A stretch of DNA of 40,470 bases from a virus, in UHGV virus genome UHGV-0078430; one strand, given 5' to 3'. A program made the translations under genes and the position numbers. The notes beneath the pieces were generated by a model. It made no database searches. It saw nothing but the letters and a program-made list of their open reading frames with translations, and was not told the origin of the DNA. Shown here in pieces: positions 38,526 to 40,470 of this stretch; position 1 is the stretch's first letter, and each line of letters begins with the position of its first letter.

Positions 38526-38967
38526 TGCTGTTCCCCCAGCGCTTTGCCCACTCGATTTCATTGCGGGATTGTTCGCTGAATGTGACGCCCTGCTGGGTGC
38601 CGAACCAGTAAATCGCCTCGATGACCTCTACCATCTGGGGAATGGTCATTTTGCTGGTGCGCTGGCCGAACATCACGACGCCGCCATCAAGCCCGGGGGC
38701 CATTCGCTGTTCCTGCTTTTTGGTCTTCGCCACCAGCGCGGTGATGAGGTCTTTCCAGTCGTCGGAATCGTATTTATTGCCGAACCAGAGAACCTGGTCG
38801 GAAAGATCTTTCAGTAGCGGCCACATCTTGCGATTTTGAATAGCGGTGCGCGTCGACTCTTTGACGTCGAGTATCAGCGGGCGCTTACTGTCGACTGGCA
38901 ACTGACGAATGTAGTTGATAGCGTTCTGCTTAACGCTTTCGTTAACGAGGTGGAATTGTTGGCTCAC
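38515..38967 (-). CDS. ninB: recombination protein NinB (Orf family)
   Basis: 150 aa; QNAINYIRQLP...QNRKMWPLLKDLSDQVLWFG...GQRTSKM...EWAKRWG matches my recollection of lambda NinB; GTG start. Confidence 0.8.
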   Translation of the reverse strand: MSQQFHLVNESVKQNAINYIRQLPVDSKRPLILDVKESTRTAIQNRKMWPLLKDLSDQVLWFGNKYDSDDWKDLITALVAKTKKQEQRMAPGLDGGVVMFGQRTSKMTIPQMVEVIEAIYWFGTQQGVTFSEQSRNEIEWAKRWGNSNAK

Positions 38968-39156
38968 GCGTCACCCCCGAAGAGGTTAAGCGACAGATAC
39001 GACAAATCGCTGACGTCGGATAACGTCAGGCGAATGTGTTTAAGCTGGTGGTGCTGCGCCATGGTGTTCTCCGTGGCGCGAATGTCCGGGTGTCAGTTGT
39101 TCAGGCTGACAGGGATATTATGGATGGGCATTGTGGCAAAAGCAATTTAACGCCGA

Positions 39157-39179
39157 CAAAAAAAGCCTCCGAAGAGGCT
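39157..39179 (-). terminator. Rho-independent terminator
   Basis: minus strand stem agcctc/gaggct with 4-nt loop followed by U-run (plus-strand A7). Confidence 0.45.
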
Positions 39180-39196
39180 TGTATGTTATTGATTAC

Positions 39197-39214
39197 ATTG
39201 TGACATGTCACAAT
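39197..39214. other. perfect 18-bp palindrome overlapping stop codon
   Basis: attgtgaca/tgtcacaat; candidate operator or protein-binding site. Confidence 0.4.
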
Positions 39215-39546
39215 GCTAATTTAGTTTCATGCCAGCCACGCGTAACCCAGCATTTCGAATCACCGTCGCACGGACACGACTTAACCGGCAGCGCATCTCC
39301 GCATTTACCGCAGCGGTTCGCGCTGATTGACTTAATGCGACCACGAACGCGGGCATCGTCCTGGCGGATCAGCATCGCGACGTATTCGCTCATTTCATAC
39401 GGCGCTCGCCCCGGGCGGCGTGATGCACAATTGCGCTCCAGCATCTCCAGTTCCTGCGTATCAAGCATGAGCTCAAATTTACGACCACCAGCAGCAGCTT
39501 GCCGGGCTCGCTGGGCGGCTTTGCGTTCAGCGGCAGATTTAGCCAT
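39208..39546 (-). CDS. hypothetical protein with C-terminal Cys cluster
   Basis: 113-aa product from ATG overlapping upstream stop (CATGGCTAA); CGKCG...CPCDGDSKC suggests zinc binding. Confidence 0.5.
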   Translation of the reverse strand: MAKSAAERKAAQRARQAAAGGRKFELMLDTQELEMLERNCASRRPGRAPYEMSEYVAMLIRQDDARVRGRIKSISANRCGKCGDALPVKSCPCDGDSKCWVTRGWHETKLAL

Positions 39547-40456
39547 GACCGGACTCCTGAATAGCGGCACGACAGGCTTGTTCAACATGTGTGCGTACCA
39601 TTTCCCGGCAATCTTCCGCATTGTCGGCATAAGTTGCCATAATTCCATTTACTGCTGCGCTGATCACAGAATCAGGCACTGTCTGCGGCGCTGGCTTAAG
39701 ATGCTGGCGCGGCTCTCCGTCCTTCGGCTCCGGCCACTGGCGCGCCATGTTCACTTTCAGCTTTTCTTCCATCGCAGCTGTGATTTCACCGTCACTGATA
39801 CCGGCGCGCCGCTGGGCGTCCCATAACAGGAACTGCATGTCAGCCCACTCGCTGAGGTCGTCAGGTTCTGCGGCAGCTTCCAGCGCCTCTTTCGACAGGT
39901 GTTTAAGCGGGCCAACGGGACCAACATCGCCGAAAGTCTTATCTGACCATTCAGCGTGTTCACGGCGAACCTGTTCGCGCTTACTTACAGGTTGGCTACC
40001 CTGAAGCATGGCGGCGTGGCAGGCATCCTCAACGTTCTTCACTGCATCTGCGCAGTAGTTATAGCGATTGCATTCCACTAACTTCTGCTTGAGATTTTCA
40101 ATTGCTTGCGCGACATCAGCCTGTATTGGCGGAACGGCTGTCTGCTGCTCTCGAACGTCATTAGTCGCTATCGGTTCTGCTGCCAACTGACTGGCATATT
40201 TGTTAATGGTAACGATAAGCTCTTGCTCGGCCTCATCCAGACAATCACCGATACCTCGTCTGTCGCCGTCGAAATGATCGAAGTCTGTGCGAATTCTGGC
40301 GACTTTACGGATTGCTGATAACACCTCATCAGGAATCACCGGAGAGTTGCCACCCTGAACAGTAGGCATATCCGGACCTTTGCGAATCGCCCTGGCAAGA
40401 TCGATTGGGTCATCGTACAACCAGTCACCTGTTTGCGGATGATTGGCTTCTGCCAA
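39539..40456 (-). CDS. nin-region protein, possibly MazG/DUF550-like NTP pyrophosphohydrolase
   Basis: 305 aa; C-terminal region (EALEAAAEPDDLSEWADMQFLLWDA) resembles MazG-like all-alpha NTPase motifs; low certainty. Confidence 0.4.
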   Translation of the reverse strand: MAEANHPQTGDWLYDDPIDLARAIRKGPDMPTVQGGNSPVIPDEVLSAIRKVARIRTDFDHFDGDRRGIGDCLDEAEQELIVTINKYASQLAAEPIATNDVREQQTAVPPIQADVAQAIENLKQKLVECNRYNYCADAVKNVEDACHAAMLQGSQPVSKREQVRREHAEWSDKTFGDVGPVGPLKHLSKEALEAAAEPDDLSEWADMQFLLWDAQRRAGISDGEITAAMEEKLKVNMARQWPEPKDGEPRQHLKPAPQTVPDSVISAAVNGIMATYADNAEDCREMVRTHVEQACRAAIQESGHG

Positions 40457-40470
40457 TTGTGCAGCCCACT

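Noticed and set aside
39131-39826. 231-aa plus-strand ORF across the nin region
   Set aside because: Antisense to two translationally coupled minus-strand genes; Arg/Ser/Cys-rich low-complexity translation.
1-40470. Reverse transcriptase or retron, or known multi-gene defence loci (restriction-modification pairs, Cas, Walker-A ATPase-nuclease pairs)
   Set aside because: No YxDD reverse-transcriptase motif, no clear Walker A P-loop outside the terminase, and no endonuclease partner for the methyltransferase were seen by eye; absence is not proof because this was a manual scan.

Overview
The window splits into two compositionally distinct parts. Positions 1 to about 10950 are visibly AT-rich and carry a large serine recombinase (50-1570, +), a tape-measure-like protein, a phage-type Dam N6-adenine methyltransferase, a run of small uncharacterised minus-strand genes, several repeat families and a 1.3-kb ORF-poor region. 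A YciI-like gene (11055-11351, +) sits at the boundary. From 11470 to the window end is a higher-GC prophage late region, all on the minus strand: nin-region genes (NinB, YbcO-like, RusA), a Q-position regulator, terminators and a tRNA-Asn-like gene, a lambda-type lysis cassette (holin S, GH24 endolysin, Rz with embedded Rz1), Rha, small and large terminase, portal, Mu-F-like head protein, capsid genes, a contractile-tail module (sheath, tube, chaperone with a -1 frameshift site, tape measure with lytic transglycosylase domain, baseplate hub/V/W/J/I-like), a beta-helix tail fibre and a Pin/Gin/Hin-family DNA invertase. Most interesting to me are the AT-rich island itself (unknown operon, promoter-driven small membrane protein, repeats) and a two-gene moron inserted in the baseplate operon. 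No tool searches were run; family names come from recalled motifs and gene order and are hypotheses.
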